From the NCBI GenBank assembly GCA_022821735.1, contig JAJECZ010000193.1, positions 1-37,366 of the forward strand: 37,366 bases of DNA, read 5' to 3'. The stretch's first letter is position 1. The number at the start of each line of letters is the position of its first letter. Both the position numbers and the translations under genes were made by a program. Source of the stretch: Alphaproteobacteria bacterium (lineage in GTDB: Bacteria > Pseudomonadota > Alphaproteobacteria > Bin95). Below the pieces are notes generated by a model. That model had not been told where the DNA came from and made no database searches. It saw nothing but the letters and a program-made list of their open reading frames with translations. Positions 27,687 through 36,848 of this stretch are shown one piece after another.

Positions 27687-28543
27687 GCGGGCCTGACCCT
27701 CCGGTCGAAGCGGCGAAGGAACAGGCGTGCCGTCACGAGCGAAATCTGAAGCCTGAAGGTTGCATCTTCTTCCTCGGACAGGCCCGGATGTCCGCCATGG
27801 GGATGCATTCTGCTCATCAACCCCTGAACGTATTGTGGCTTTTGGTTGTTGGGATTCCACTCGTTGTAGTCGATGAGCAGGAACGGTGGCTGAAGGCGGC
27901 CGAGATAGTCCCGTTTAGCCTTGCCGTCACCGCTACCAGCATAACCCAACCCGGTGGCGATTTCGTTGAGGTAACTTTCATGGAAGTTTCGCAACTCTCC
28001 GTTGGCCGATGACCACTCCCCACGTCCGAATGCTGAGAGTGCCTGAGTCAAATGCCCCTTCGCAACGGTAAGGCCGTGTCGGTTCAATAGCAGTGCAATT
28101 TCGGTTTCAGCTTCCCGGAAATCGAGTTCGGGAACGTCTGAAGGCAGCATCCGCACAAGCTGAACGGTCGTTTCCGTTTGCTCGCTTGGCCAATAGGCTT
28201 CGGAGTCGACCTCTTCCTCCGTCGTGCGAACTTCGAACCCGTCAAATCGCAAGCCTGCAACGAGCTTCCTCCAGGCAGCCGAATGTTGCATGTACTCGGC
28301 CGCCGAAATCGCGATTTCGACTACTGCGCGGCTCAAGTGTACCCGTCCACCTTCTGTCAGGACCTCAATTTCCTCCTCGCAGGCGATACGCGCCCAGTCC
28401 GCAACCCGCGCCGGTTTGCTCGACGCTCTGCACCTTCCTGCTATACCCCACTCGACCTCCAGCACCTCCATGGCGCCGTGTGACTGGAAACTCGAAACGA
28501 CCTCGGCAGCAGCGACGACGGTCATGCGACTGAACTCGCTCAT
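27683..28543 (-). CDS. Hypothetical protein with a possible Abi_C/HEPN-like C-terminal domain
   Basis: 286 aa, ATGA overlaps on both ends; HLTQA...SSANGELRNFHES and RMHPHGGHPG...EEDATF helical pattern. Confidence 0.7.
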   Translation of the reverse strand: MSEFSRMTVVAAAEVVSSFQSHGAMEVLEVEWGIAGRCRASSKPARVADWARIACEEEIEVLTEGGRVHLSRAVVEIAISAAEYMQHSAAWRKLVAGLRFDGFEVRTTEEEVDSEAYWPSEQTETTVQLVRMLPSDVPELDFREAETEIALLLNRHGLTVAKGHLTQALSAFGRGEWSSANGELRNFHESYLNEIATGLGYAGSGDGKAKRDYLGRLQPPFLLIDYNEWNPNNQKPQYVQGLMSRMHPHGGHPGLSEEEDATFRLQISLVTARLFLRRFDRRVRPA

Positions 28544-31293
28544 GCCGTTCCCTTCGCTTGGCTGCTCATGTCGATGTAGAGTTGGAAGAGCTTCTCCAGG
28601 CGTTCCGTGTCGTTTCGGAAGCGGCGCCCGATATAGATGCGCTCGAGAATCTCGTCGTTGCGTTCATGCGCCGCGCGCAGATCGTTCGGCATCTTCGAGG
28701 GATCGTAGAGGTCGGCGATGGTTGCCGGGAAGTGTGCCTCCCGGGTGAGCAGAATATTCTCAGCGCTGTCCGTGAGGTCGGCCTTGTTTTTCTTCGTTAG
28801 CGAGGGCACCGGAAATGTATTCCATCCGAGGACACTGGAATAGGAAAACCGCATTTCCAAACGCCCACACACTGCGCCAATCCATGCGATATGCAGTTTG
28901 GAAACAACAAGCGCCATATTCCAGAGTGGAGCATCATAAAGGGCGTAGCATTTGATAGTAGCGACCGCCCGTTCATTCATTAGGTCGCAAGGAAGATATT
29001 CTCTGTTCTCCGACGTGGTTTGAGGTACTATCATAAAATTGCTGCCAGCCGCCGTAACGTCACGAAAGCGATGAGGGGTGCCCGCCAGCAATTGCGCTGT
29101 TGTGTCAGTTAACTTTTTGCTTCTCACTTTGCGGACTGCCTGGACACGTCGCCTTATGCCTTCGATGGCGTTCGCCTCATTTAATGATTCATCATCGATC
29201 CAAAGACATACCCGCGGGATGCCACTGACCACTTCCTTCGCCCCATAAATGGGTCGAAAAAATTTCACTGCTCGGGCGTCTTCGGCGATCAAGCTACGTG
29301 CGTCGGCAGGAGACATAATTAAATCGATGGCAAAATACGGATGATTACCATTGCTCATGGGTGAAATTTCGGAAATAGGTGTCGTCTCCTTTCTTACATA
29401 GAGTTCTGGGCCCGGAATAAGGTACCCGTTGATTTCAGGGACATGTCGAATGGAGGTCTTATTATCTTCAACATCGAAGAGCCTTACAGCTTTAGCATGG
29501 CTCGCGGAAAGTCCAATAACTATGACAGTAATGCCAGCATTATTGGCAGCCAAGTTTTTCCACTTGAATGAACGATACGCGAAATGGATAGAGGCACCCA
29601 ATTGGCTCAGAAGAGGCCATAACACAGCAACTTGGCTGCCTTGGCAGATTGAATTCGTGGCGACAAGTGCTGCTGCGCCGTGAGTTTCCTTGAGGAAGAC
29701 CGCGGCCTTTAGGAACCAAGCAGTTACGTAATCGAGGTTTCCCCAGCGCTTTATAGTCCCCTTGAAGATGTGCTCAAGATCTTGTTTCTGTTCTTTCGAT
29801 TGCTTGTTGTAGCCCGAGTAAGGAGGATTTCCGCAAACATAGGTCTCGCCGCCTTCGTTCTCGAAGTCGATCTCGGCCTGATCGAGCGGTGTTTCGAACA
29901 GGTCATCGGCGGTATGCTTGACGGCGGTACCGGTAGGCGGGCAGATGTTTAGCCAGTCGAGCCGCAGCGCGTTCCCACAGGTGATCCAGTTCATGGCGTC
30001 AAGCGGAAGGAATTCCGTCAGCGCTTCCCGCTGGCCACGATGCAGCACGTCGCACTGATATTCTGCAATGACCAAGGCGAGGCGGGCAATCTCGGCCGGG
30101 AAGTCCCGCAACTCGATGCCCCGGAAGTTGGTCAGGGGAATATCCGATCGGCGCCCGCTCTCGCGCCTTCTCCTGTTGACCTCCGCCTCGATCTCGCGCA
30201 TCTCTTTGTAGGCGATGACCAGAAAGTTGCCAGAACCGCACGCTGGATCGAACACGCGGATACGAGCCATGCGGTTGCGCAGGTTTAGAAGCTTGCGAGA
30301 ATTGGTCCCGGCGTCTTCCAGTTTCTCGCGAAGATCGTCGAGGAACAGCGGATTGAGCACCTTCAGGATGTTCGGCACGCTGGTGTAGTGCATGCCGAGC
30401 GCGCCGCGCTCCTTGTCGTCGGCGACAGCCTGGATCATCGATCCGAAGATGTCCGGGTTGATCTTCTTCCAGTCGAGGTTCCCGATGTGAAGAAGATAGG
30501 ATCGCGCAATCCGGCTGAACCGAGGCACCTCCGTCGACTCCGAGAAGAGTCCTCCGTTCACATAGGGAAACGAGGCGGCCCAGCGCGGGATGTCAGCACC
30601 CTTCCGTGCCTGAGCATCCGTATTCATGGCGCGGAATATCTCGCCGATCACCTCGTGGGTGTTCGAACTGTCGGCCGCGCTCATCCACTCGATCGTATCA
30701 GTGAAGAGCCCCGATACGTTGAAGATATCGGTGTCCTCCGCGAAGAAGCAGAAGATGAGTCGCGCCATGAAGTGATTCATTTCGGGACGGCGCTCGGCAG
30801 CGCCCCATTTCGGATTCTCCTTCAGCAGTTCGACATAAAGCCGGTTCAGGCGTCCGGTCGCCTTGATGTCGAAGGCGCTCTCTCGGATCTGCTTGACGGT
30901 CGTGATGCCGGCGAGAGGCAGGAAGAAGCCGAAATATTCGGGGAAGTCCGGATAGTCGCAGACGATGACGTCGCCGCTGCTCAGCTCCTCGGCGTGGAAA
31001 TCCTCCCCGTCGGTGGCAAGGACGAACTTGGCCCTGGCGCGCGTCGTCGCCGGGCTGGCCTTGAGCTCCGCCAGAGTCGCCGCCGCCCCGCCTTTGGGAC
31101 ACACCTTGATGTGGATGTTGCTGCGCTGCAGCACGCCGCCAAGGTCGGAATTGTTCAAAGCACCGGAACGAAGCCGCTTGACCGTCGTCGTCTTGTTGCC
31201 GAAAGCCTCCAGGAACGCATAGGGAAACTCACCGCCCTCGAAGGGCCGTTCGGCGAGCGCGGATACCGCTTCTTCGATCTCAACGGCATTCAT
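28540..31293 (-). CDS. YeeA/DnmA/MmeI-like N6-adenine DNA methyltransferase with target-recognition domain
   Basis: FPYVNGGLF, PDIFGSMIQ, GMHYTS, FDPACGSGNFL, GNPPY, LVATNSICQG, NTFPVP, ADLYDP. Confidence 0.93.
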   Translation of the reverse strand: MNAVEIEEAVSALAERPFEGGEFPYAFLEAFGNKTTTVKRLRSGALNNSDLGGVLQRSNIHIKVCPKGGAAATLAELKASPATTRARAKFVLATDGEDFHAEELSSGDVIVCDYPDFPEYFGFFLPLAGITTVKQIRESAFDIKATGRLNRLYVELLKENPKWGAAERRPEMNHFMARLIFCFFAEDTDIFNVSGLFTDTIEWMSAADSSNTHEVIGEIFRAMNTDAQARKGADIPRWAASFPYVNGGLFSESTEVPRFSRIARSYLLHIGNLDWKKINPDIFGSMIQAVADDKERGALGMHYTSVPNILKVLNPLFLDDLREKLEDAGTNSRKLLNLRNRMARIRVFDPACGSGNFLVIAYKEMREIEAEVNRRRRESGRRSDIPLTNFRGIELRDFPAEIARLALVIAEYQCDVLHRGQREALTEFLPLDAMNWITCGNALRLDWLNICPPTGTAVKHTADDLFETPLDQAEIDFENEGGETYVCGNPPYSGYNKQSKEQKQDLEHIFKGTIKRWGNLDYVTAWFLKAAVFLKETHGAAALVATNSICQGSQVAVLWPLLSQLGASIHFAYRSFKWKNLAANNAGITVIVIGLSASHAKAVRLFDVEDNKTSIRHVPEINGYLIPGPELYVRKETTPISEISPMSNGNHPYFAIDLIMSPADARSLIAEDARAVKFFRPIYGAKEVVSGIPRVCLWIDDESLNEANAIEGIRRRVQAVRKVRSKKLTDTTAQLLAGTPHRFRDVTAAGSNFMIVPQTTSENREYLPCDLMNERAVATIKCYALYDAPLWNMALVVSKLHIAWIGAVCGRLEMRFSYSSVLGWNTFPVPSLTKKNKADLTDSAENILLTREAHFPATIADLYDPSKMPNDLRAAHERNDEILERIYIGRRFRNDTERLEKLFQLYIDMSSQAKGTA

Positions 31294-31423
31294 CGATCAA
31301 ATCCTGTCCTAATCAAGGATAGGCGATTGGGCTTGGCAAGCCCACTACCGGGAAGAGACTCAGGTGCCGGTGGTGTAAGAACTTGGTGTCTTTAGCAGCG
31401 CGCGGCGGGAAGGGTGGAGTCGC

Positions 31424-32509
31424 TCAGGCCCGCTCGGAAAGGAGCGCCAAGAGCGGCGGGTTGATGTAGAGGTTTTCGCGCCCCGCTTTGATCTCCTCGA
31501 GGAGGCCTTCGGCCGTGAGGGCTTTCAGGTAAATGGCGGCCGTCTGGCGCTTGGCTATATCCGCCTTGACCACGTCGCCGATCCGGCAGTAGGGATGCAC
31601 GAAGATCAGTTCCGCGAGTTCCCGGGAATAGATCCTCGGCATCCTCTGTCGAATTGCGGCGCCCGTCTCGTCGAGAAGCTCACGGATCGCACGGATTTTG
31701 GCCGTAGTCCATTCGGCTGTCGATCTGATAGCCTCGAGAATGAACAGTATCCACGTTTCCCAGGCCTGTCGGGTAGTGACCTCGAGCAGATACCGGTAGT
31801 AGAGCGCCTTGTTCCGGATGATGTGTCGGCTGAGATAGAGCACGGGTATGTCCAGCAGGCCCTTGTCGACGAGATAGAGTAGGTTCAGCACGCGTCCGGT
31901 TCGTCCGTTTCCGTCGACGAACGGGTGGATCGCCTCGAACTGATAATGCATGACGGCAAGGCGGATCAGCGGGTCGATCTCCCCATCCTCGTGAATGTAG
32001 CGCTCCCAGTTGGCCAGCTTGCTACGGAGAACGTCCTCTCCTTCCGGCGGCGTGTAGATGACCTCGTCGGTCGCATCGTTCACCAACGCCGTTCCCGGCG
32101 TGGTGCGAATGTCGAGTTCCACCCCCTTGATCGTTCGACAGACCTCGACAGCCATGGTGGTCGCAACCGGCCGCTGCCCCAGCATCTCGAAACCTCGGTG
32201 CAACGCGGTGCGGTAGCGCAGAGCTTCCTTGGTGGCAGGGTCGGCTCGACCCGCCGCGTCGTTGGCATAGCGGAACAGCCGGTCAGCCGTCGTGACGATG
32301 TTTTCGATCTCGGAACTCGCCTGCGCTTCGAGCAGGGGGATCGAGTTGATCAACATCGCTTGGTTCGGGATGAGATTCCCGGAGACGCGGAGCTCGGCCA
32401 GTGCCGCGCGCGCGGCAATGCAACTGCGGAGAATGGCCTTGGTTTCCGTTTCCGATGCCGGCGGCAGGTCCGGAAGGTCGTTGAAGGGACAGCCGGGGTC
32501 GAAGGTCAT
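31424..32509 (-). CDS. fic: Fic-family protein adenylyltransferase (SoFic type: Fic_N + Fic + wHTH)
   Basis: Catalytic HPFVDGNGRTGR, inhibitory SSEIEN, C-terminal RQTAAIYLKAL..GLL HTH. Confidence 0.94.
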   Translation of the reverse strand: MTFDPGCPFNDLPDLPPASETETKAILRSCIAARAALAELRVSGNLIPNQAMLINSIPLLEAQASSEIENIVTTADRLFRYANDAAGRADPATKEALRYRTALHRGFEMLGQRPVATTMAVEVCRTIKGVELDIRTTPGTALVNDATDEVIYTPPEGEDVLRSKLANWERYIHEDGEIDPLIRLAVMHYQFEAIHPFVDGNGRTGRVLNLLYLVDKGLLDIPVLYLSRHIIRNKALYYRYLLEVTTRQAWETWILFILEAIRSTAEWTTAKIRAIRELLDETGAAIRQRMPRIYSRELAELIFVHPYCRIGDVVKADIAKRQTAAIYLKALTAEGLLEEIKAGRENLYINPPLLALLSERA

Positions 32510-32529
32510 GTTGATGTATCCTGCTTCTC

Positions 32530-32604
32530 TCGACAAATTTTCCGAACATGTCGATCCTGTCGACTTGTCGCTTCAACGTGTCGATGAAATGAGAATACAT
32601 CGAC
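32530..32604. promoter_or_regulatory. Cluster of TGTCG(A)/TCGAC repeats upstream of fic, candidate operator
   Basis: TCGACA 32530, TGTCGA 32549, TGTCGAC 32558, TGTCG 32566, TGTCGA 32579, ATCGAC 32599. Confidence 0.5.
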
Positions 32605-32778
32605 CCAATGTCCCGTAGCAAGAAGATGGGCTGGTAATGTCGCCCACAGTTCATCGGGCTGTCCAAACTCTCTACTACGGCTGAAGAGACCGCCGAGATG
32701 CAAGCGCTGATACGACGGATGGGTTGCGCGTACCGCCGCCGCGTTGGAGCGCGAACCTGACGAAAGAGGCATCAACGT

Positions 32779-35550
32779 CTACCTGCGTGCTGCCGCAGCG
32801 AGCCTCCGGAAGGCTGGATCGGATGTAGAAGAGGGGGCTTTGGATTCTATTCGACCCAGCGCGGCGCCGAGGTCATCGGGAATTGCTGCGTATTGCGTGT
32901 CGCCGACCGTCAGGTCGAGCAGCCGCAGGAACGCGAGAGCCTTCGGCGCATCATCAATCGCTTCCGACAGTTGCGGCATCCGCAGCTGTTCCGACATACC
33001 GCCTTCAAGGAAGCCGTAGCCGAGCATCGACGAGCAGTCGAAAGGAACGAGGAAACGCTCGATTTCGTCGACCGCTTCCGAAAATGCCTCGCCCGAGACT
33101 GCCGGGAGACAGGCAAGTTGATGACTGACGCCTGCGGTGGCGAGGGATCGTTCCTGCGGCCAGACTTGTTCCAGAAAGGGCTTGACGGCCGACAAGAACG
33201 ATATGCGCGCCGTGTGTGGCCCGTGGTCGACCTTGTATTCGTAGTCCTGAAACTGCCGGATCGCCAAGGCGGCCCATTCCCGTATGTCATCGTCGGCAGC
33301 GCGCAGCGCCTGGGAAATACGGGCCGGGGAGACGGCCGGCTCGCGCTGGTCCTTGAATGCGGTCAGTCCTTCGTGGACCAGACAGGACACAAGGTCCTTC
33401 CGGGCTTCCTTGTCGAGTCGATCATCGAGAACCCTTTTCGATACCTCGTCGCCGATAATTTTCAGGACTTCCGAATCAATCCAGATCGATGCGACTGCAC
33501 GCCAAAGCAGGACCGATTTGTCGTCGTCCGCCAGCAGCGGCTCGACGAGCTGCCGCCTCGCCCATGCAGGGTCGGCCCGAAGAAGTTCCGGTAGCTTCCG
33601 GGTAAGCTGACAATGTGCGATGAGACCGCTGTAGCCCGGCGCGGCAATGGTGCAATCGCGCATCTGCGCGAACAGGCTTCCATCGTCGATTGGATGGCGA
33701 CTTTCGTCGGTGACCCGAACCAACTCCAGAAATACCCGGAGAAGCTTCCCGACAGGCCGGGGAAACGCATCGATTTCCTCCGGTGCGCGCCCTTCGCCGG
33801 CTGTCCGAACAGGTATGTCTGCGAGGTCCCTGTCGTTTCCGGCCGTGGTTGCATTCTCGGCCTCGACGGCAACCGGCCATGCGCGCAGCCAGGCCCGTTG
33901 TCCCTGCTTGCTCTCGATTACGTGCTCGGACCACATGTAGAGCCAGTGGCAAATTCCGCCGACCGCCGCCTCGACGGTCGCGTCGGAAAGCCGGTTCAAC
34001 AGGCCCAGGACCCGAACGGCTTCAGACCGGGTGTCGCGCGGCGTCTCGCTCTCTGGCTGCGACCCAAAGTGCGTGTGCGTATATCCGAACCGATCCCAGA
34101 GGCGAGGGAAGCGATCGACCAGAGAAGCCGCACTCTCGAGATCGCGCAGAACATGAACGGCCCGACCGGACTGTTGGAGCCAGTCCGAGGCCTGGTCGGC
34201 GGAAGTCTCGCCTGACAGGGCAACCTCAAGCGCCTGAAGCCGGGCTTCCCCTTCCAGATCATCGAAACGGGATCCCGGAGCAATGCCCGGTGGAAAGCGG
34301 GGTCGGACCCACGGATCGCGAAAACCACCGTCGATAGTCATTTTTCCGAGACCTGGAAATTCGTTGGCCGCTTCAACCAGCCAGTCCCGGTCCGGGATCG
34401 GCAGGATGCCGCCGCCAGTCTCGATCCGCCTGAGTTCCATTGCCGAGAATCCGCGTCTCGCAGCACGAACCTGTTCGGCATCCATAGTTCCGGGGAAAAA
34501 CCTGCGGGGCAGTCCCCTGCGCAAACGCCTGACGATCAGCGCTTGTGTTTCGGTCTCGAAGTCAGCGAAACGTACCGCGCGTAGTTCGGCGAATTCCGGA
34601 AAGCGCGGAAAATTCCAGAAATCGTTGTCGTCGAGGGCCGTCAGGAACTTGCCTGCTTCGACGGCAGAAACTGCGTCGGCGTTGCGAGCGGCAGCTGCCC
34701 ACAGACGCCGGTAGATCGCCATATCGGAATAACGCCAACGCCAAAGGAACGATCTCGCTGTCCCGACGTCGAGTTCGGCGAGGCGCCGGACCACCGCATG
34801 AAGCAATTTGACGGCAGGTCCCATACCGGGGGTAACGGCATCGGGTTCGAAGACCCGACCGCCCGGTCCGTCCCAGTCGTTGACGCCAATTTCCGGAGGC
34901 ACGAAATACACCCGAAGAGGAGAAGCGTCGGCATACCAGTCGTCCTCGTTGTCGCCGTAGATGCGCCGGGCGATGTAGAGGCCGCGGTCGATTGCGGACA
35001 TCAGGGCGCTTGCCAAGGCATGGAGAAAGACGGCATCGGCTATCTCGTCCAGGCCGAAGTCCATGCGGTGGTTCTGGAAGCCGATTAGAAAGCTGGTGCT
35101 GCTCAGGCTGGCCGATAGCAGGTCACTGAACTTCTTCGGACGTCGGGGCTTTCGACCGGGTAACCCGGGGCGGCGGGCTTGCAACGGTTTCAATTCGAGC
35201 CGTGGAGCCAACAGGTTGGTGATGTCGTCGATGAGCGCGCCGGAACGGTCTCCCTTCTGCAGCCGCCTGCGGATCTGCTGAAGCGCCGCTGCCGGAGTGG
35301 CTCCGGTCGTCGGACAGGACCAGCTTTCCAGGGTAAGAGACCATGCGGTTGCATAGGGCTCCCGAAGTCGCGTCGCACCAGGGCCGGTCAAGAGTTCGAG
35401 AATTGCGGAGCGTTCGACCTGCCTGTCGGGTCTCAGCCTGAGTGCCCAGTTCAAGATTTCCGGTTCCGCGAGACGGCCCTCGAGAAACGCCGCCGCAGTC
35501 CGGAAACGCGCCCGGTCCTGCACATTGAGGTCTGACGGCGAGGAGATCAC
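32779..35550 (-). CDS. Large helical protein resembling the C-terminal (sensor) part of the defence-associated sirtuin DSR1
   Basis: 923 aa; GTG overlaps the SIR2 stop. C-terminal VKPFLEQVWPQERSLAT..VS..LA.L....GEAF.EAV..I..FL.P and L..I...AP....DP.FRRL resemble the DSR1 C-terminus as I recall it. Confidence 0.7.
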   Translation of the reverse strand: MISSPSDLNVQDRARFRTAAAFLEGRLAEPEILNWALRLRPDRQVERSAILELLTGPGATRLREPYATAWSLTLESWSCPTTGATPAAALQQIRRRLQKGDRSGALIDDITNLLAPRLELKPLQARRPGLPGRKPRRPKKFSDLLSASLSSTSFLIGFQNHRMDFGLDEIADAVFLHALASALMSAIDRGLYIARRIYGDNEDDWYADASPLRVYFVPPEIGVNDWDGPGGRVFEPDAVTPGMGPAVKLLHAVVRRLAELDVGTARSFLWRWRYSDMAIYRRLWAAAARNADAVSAVEAGKFLTALDDNDFWNFPRFPEFAELRAVRFADFETETQALIVRRLRRGLPRRFFPGTMDAEQVRAARRGFSAMELRRIETGGGILPIPDRDWLVEAANEFPGLGKMTIDGGFRDPWVRPRFPPGIAPGSRFDDLEGEARLQALEVALSGETSADQASDWLQQSGRAVHVLRDLESAASLVDRFPRLWDRFGYTHTHFGSQPESETPRDTRSEAVRVLGLLNRLSDATVEAAVGGICHWLYMWSEHVIESKQGQRAWLRAWPVAVEAENATTAGNDRDLADIPVRTAGEGRAPEEIDAFPRPVGKLLRVFLELVRVTDESRHPIDDGSLFAQMRDCTIAAPGYSGLIAHCQLTRKLPELLRADPAWARRQLVEPLLADDDKSVLLWRAVASIWIDSEVLKIIGDEVSKRVLDDRLDKEARKDLVSCLVHEGLTAFKDQREPAVSPARISQALRAADDDIREWAALAIRQFQDYEYKVDHGPHTARISFLSAVKPFLEQVWPQERSLATAGVSHQLACLPAVSGEAFSEAVDEIERFLVPFDCSSMLGYGFLEGGMSEQLRMPQLSEAIDDAPKALAFLRLLDLTVGDTQYAAIPDDLGAALGRIESKAPSSTSDPAFRRLAAAARR

Positions 35551-36848
35551 GGTTTTCGTTGCCGCTCTCTTTCGGCGCCGACCGCCAGAATCGCATCGAG
35601 CCAGGCAGGTTCGGCGCCGGCTGCGGACGCCACTTTCGCAAGGTGAACGCGTTCGTCGGGGCTAACCCGCCTGAACAGATGATCGAACAGCCCTCGATCA
35701 GAGTCCGATGCGTCAGTCCTTCCTGACTTTACGATGCGCCGAATTTCCCGGTCGACCAGCTGCTGTTTCCCATTGATTGCCGAAAGAGCGGCCCAACGTT
35801 GGAGCGTGTGAAGCAGGACCGTATGGTCTCGGTCCGAAGCGTCGTAGTGAATCGGCACGATGCCCCTTGCGCGCCAGTCCTCAAGCGCGACGGTATCGGG
35901 ATCGTCGGAACCTACGAAAATGAACCGCTCCTTGAGGTCGTCGAAGCGGCTTTCGTCCGCGGCAACTGCATTCAGGAGGTAGCGCATCGGCGGGTCGTTG
36001 GCGCTGTAGCCGACGAGAACGAGATGAAACAGTCGGGCGGCGTCGTAGATGAGGTCGGGAACGATGCGCCGCCGCAAATAGAGTTCCCCGAAATCCTGGT
36101 CGGTAAGGACCAGGTCTGAGTGGCGGGAGGGATTACGGGTCAACGCTCCGTGAATGTGGAAGACGCCGGCGAATTCCGTTCGCTTTGTCGGTCGGAGGAT
36201 CGATCCGAGCGCGTAGCTCTGCGCGGGCACCCGAAGATTGCTTGCGGCTCGCTCAAGCAAAAGGTCGAAATTGGTAGTCATGATGGTCGTCGCACCACCG
36301 CGGTCCGCTAGCCGGATGAGCGCGCGGTGGATTGGCGCCGGGCGTCCGGCGCGGGGCGCATCGGCATCGTCTGAACGCGCCGCGGTTCCTTCGAACCTCG
36401 ATGTCGCCGGCTTCGGTTTGGCCCGCGGCGGGTGAAGAATCTCGACTACCCTGCTCCTGACCTTGCTGTCTTCGCGCGTACGGCTGTCGAAACGGCGTTC
36501 CAGCATGCCGAGGACAACATCGTACTCACGAGCGAGGAAGCGTTCGACTTCCGCCGCCTGGCGATCGGTCAGAGCCGAGCAATCCGGTTTTCGCGGGCCG
36601 CTCGAATTGAGGGAGGCATTGGTCAATATCTCGCAGACGCCCGGATCGAGAGTCCGATAAACATCGAGAACGAGTTGCCGGAAATCCGGCAGCCCCGCCT
36701 GCCTGGAGATGCCGGCTCCGCATAGGAAAAGCACGTCTCCCCGCGCATGGGCCAGCAACAATCGCTCGGGGATTGCCGGCAGGTCGGGTGCCAGCGAGAT
36801 TGTCCGCTCGGCACTGTCGGGAGGCTTGTAAGGGTTTCGATCATACAT
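35547..36848 (-). CDS. SIR2-like (SIR2_2) NADase-domain protein, DSR1 N-terminal-like
   Basis: IPERLLLAHARGDVLFLCGAGIS, GLPDF, TTNFD, HIHG, LVLTDQDFG, GYSANDPPMRYLL. Confidence 0.9.
   Translation of the reverse strand: MYDRNPYKPPDSAERTISLAPDLPAIPERLLLAHARGDVLFLCGAGISRQAGLPDFRQLVLDVYRTLDPGVCEILTNASLNSSGPRKPDCSALTDRQAAEVERFLAREYDVVLGMLERRFDSRTREDSKVRSRVVEILHPPRAKPKPATSRFEGTAARSDDADAPRAGRPAPIHRALIRLADRGGATTIMTTNFDLLLERAASNLRVPAQSYALGSILRPTKRTEFAGVFHIHGALTRNPSRHSDLVLTDQDFGELYLRRRIVPDLIYDAARLFHLVLVGYSANDPPMRYLLNAVAADESRFDDLKERFIFVGSDDPDTVALEDWRARGIVPIHYDASDRDHTVLLHTLQRWAALSAINGKQQLVDREIRRIVKSGRTDASDSDRGLFDHLFRRVSPDERVHLAKVASAAGAEPAWLDAILAVGAERERQRKP

Noticed and set aside
25803-27749. 648-aa plus-strand ORF
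   Set aside because: Antisense shadow of the YeeB-like helicase.
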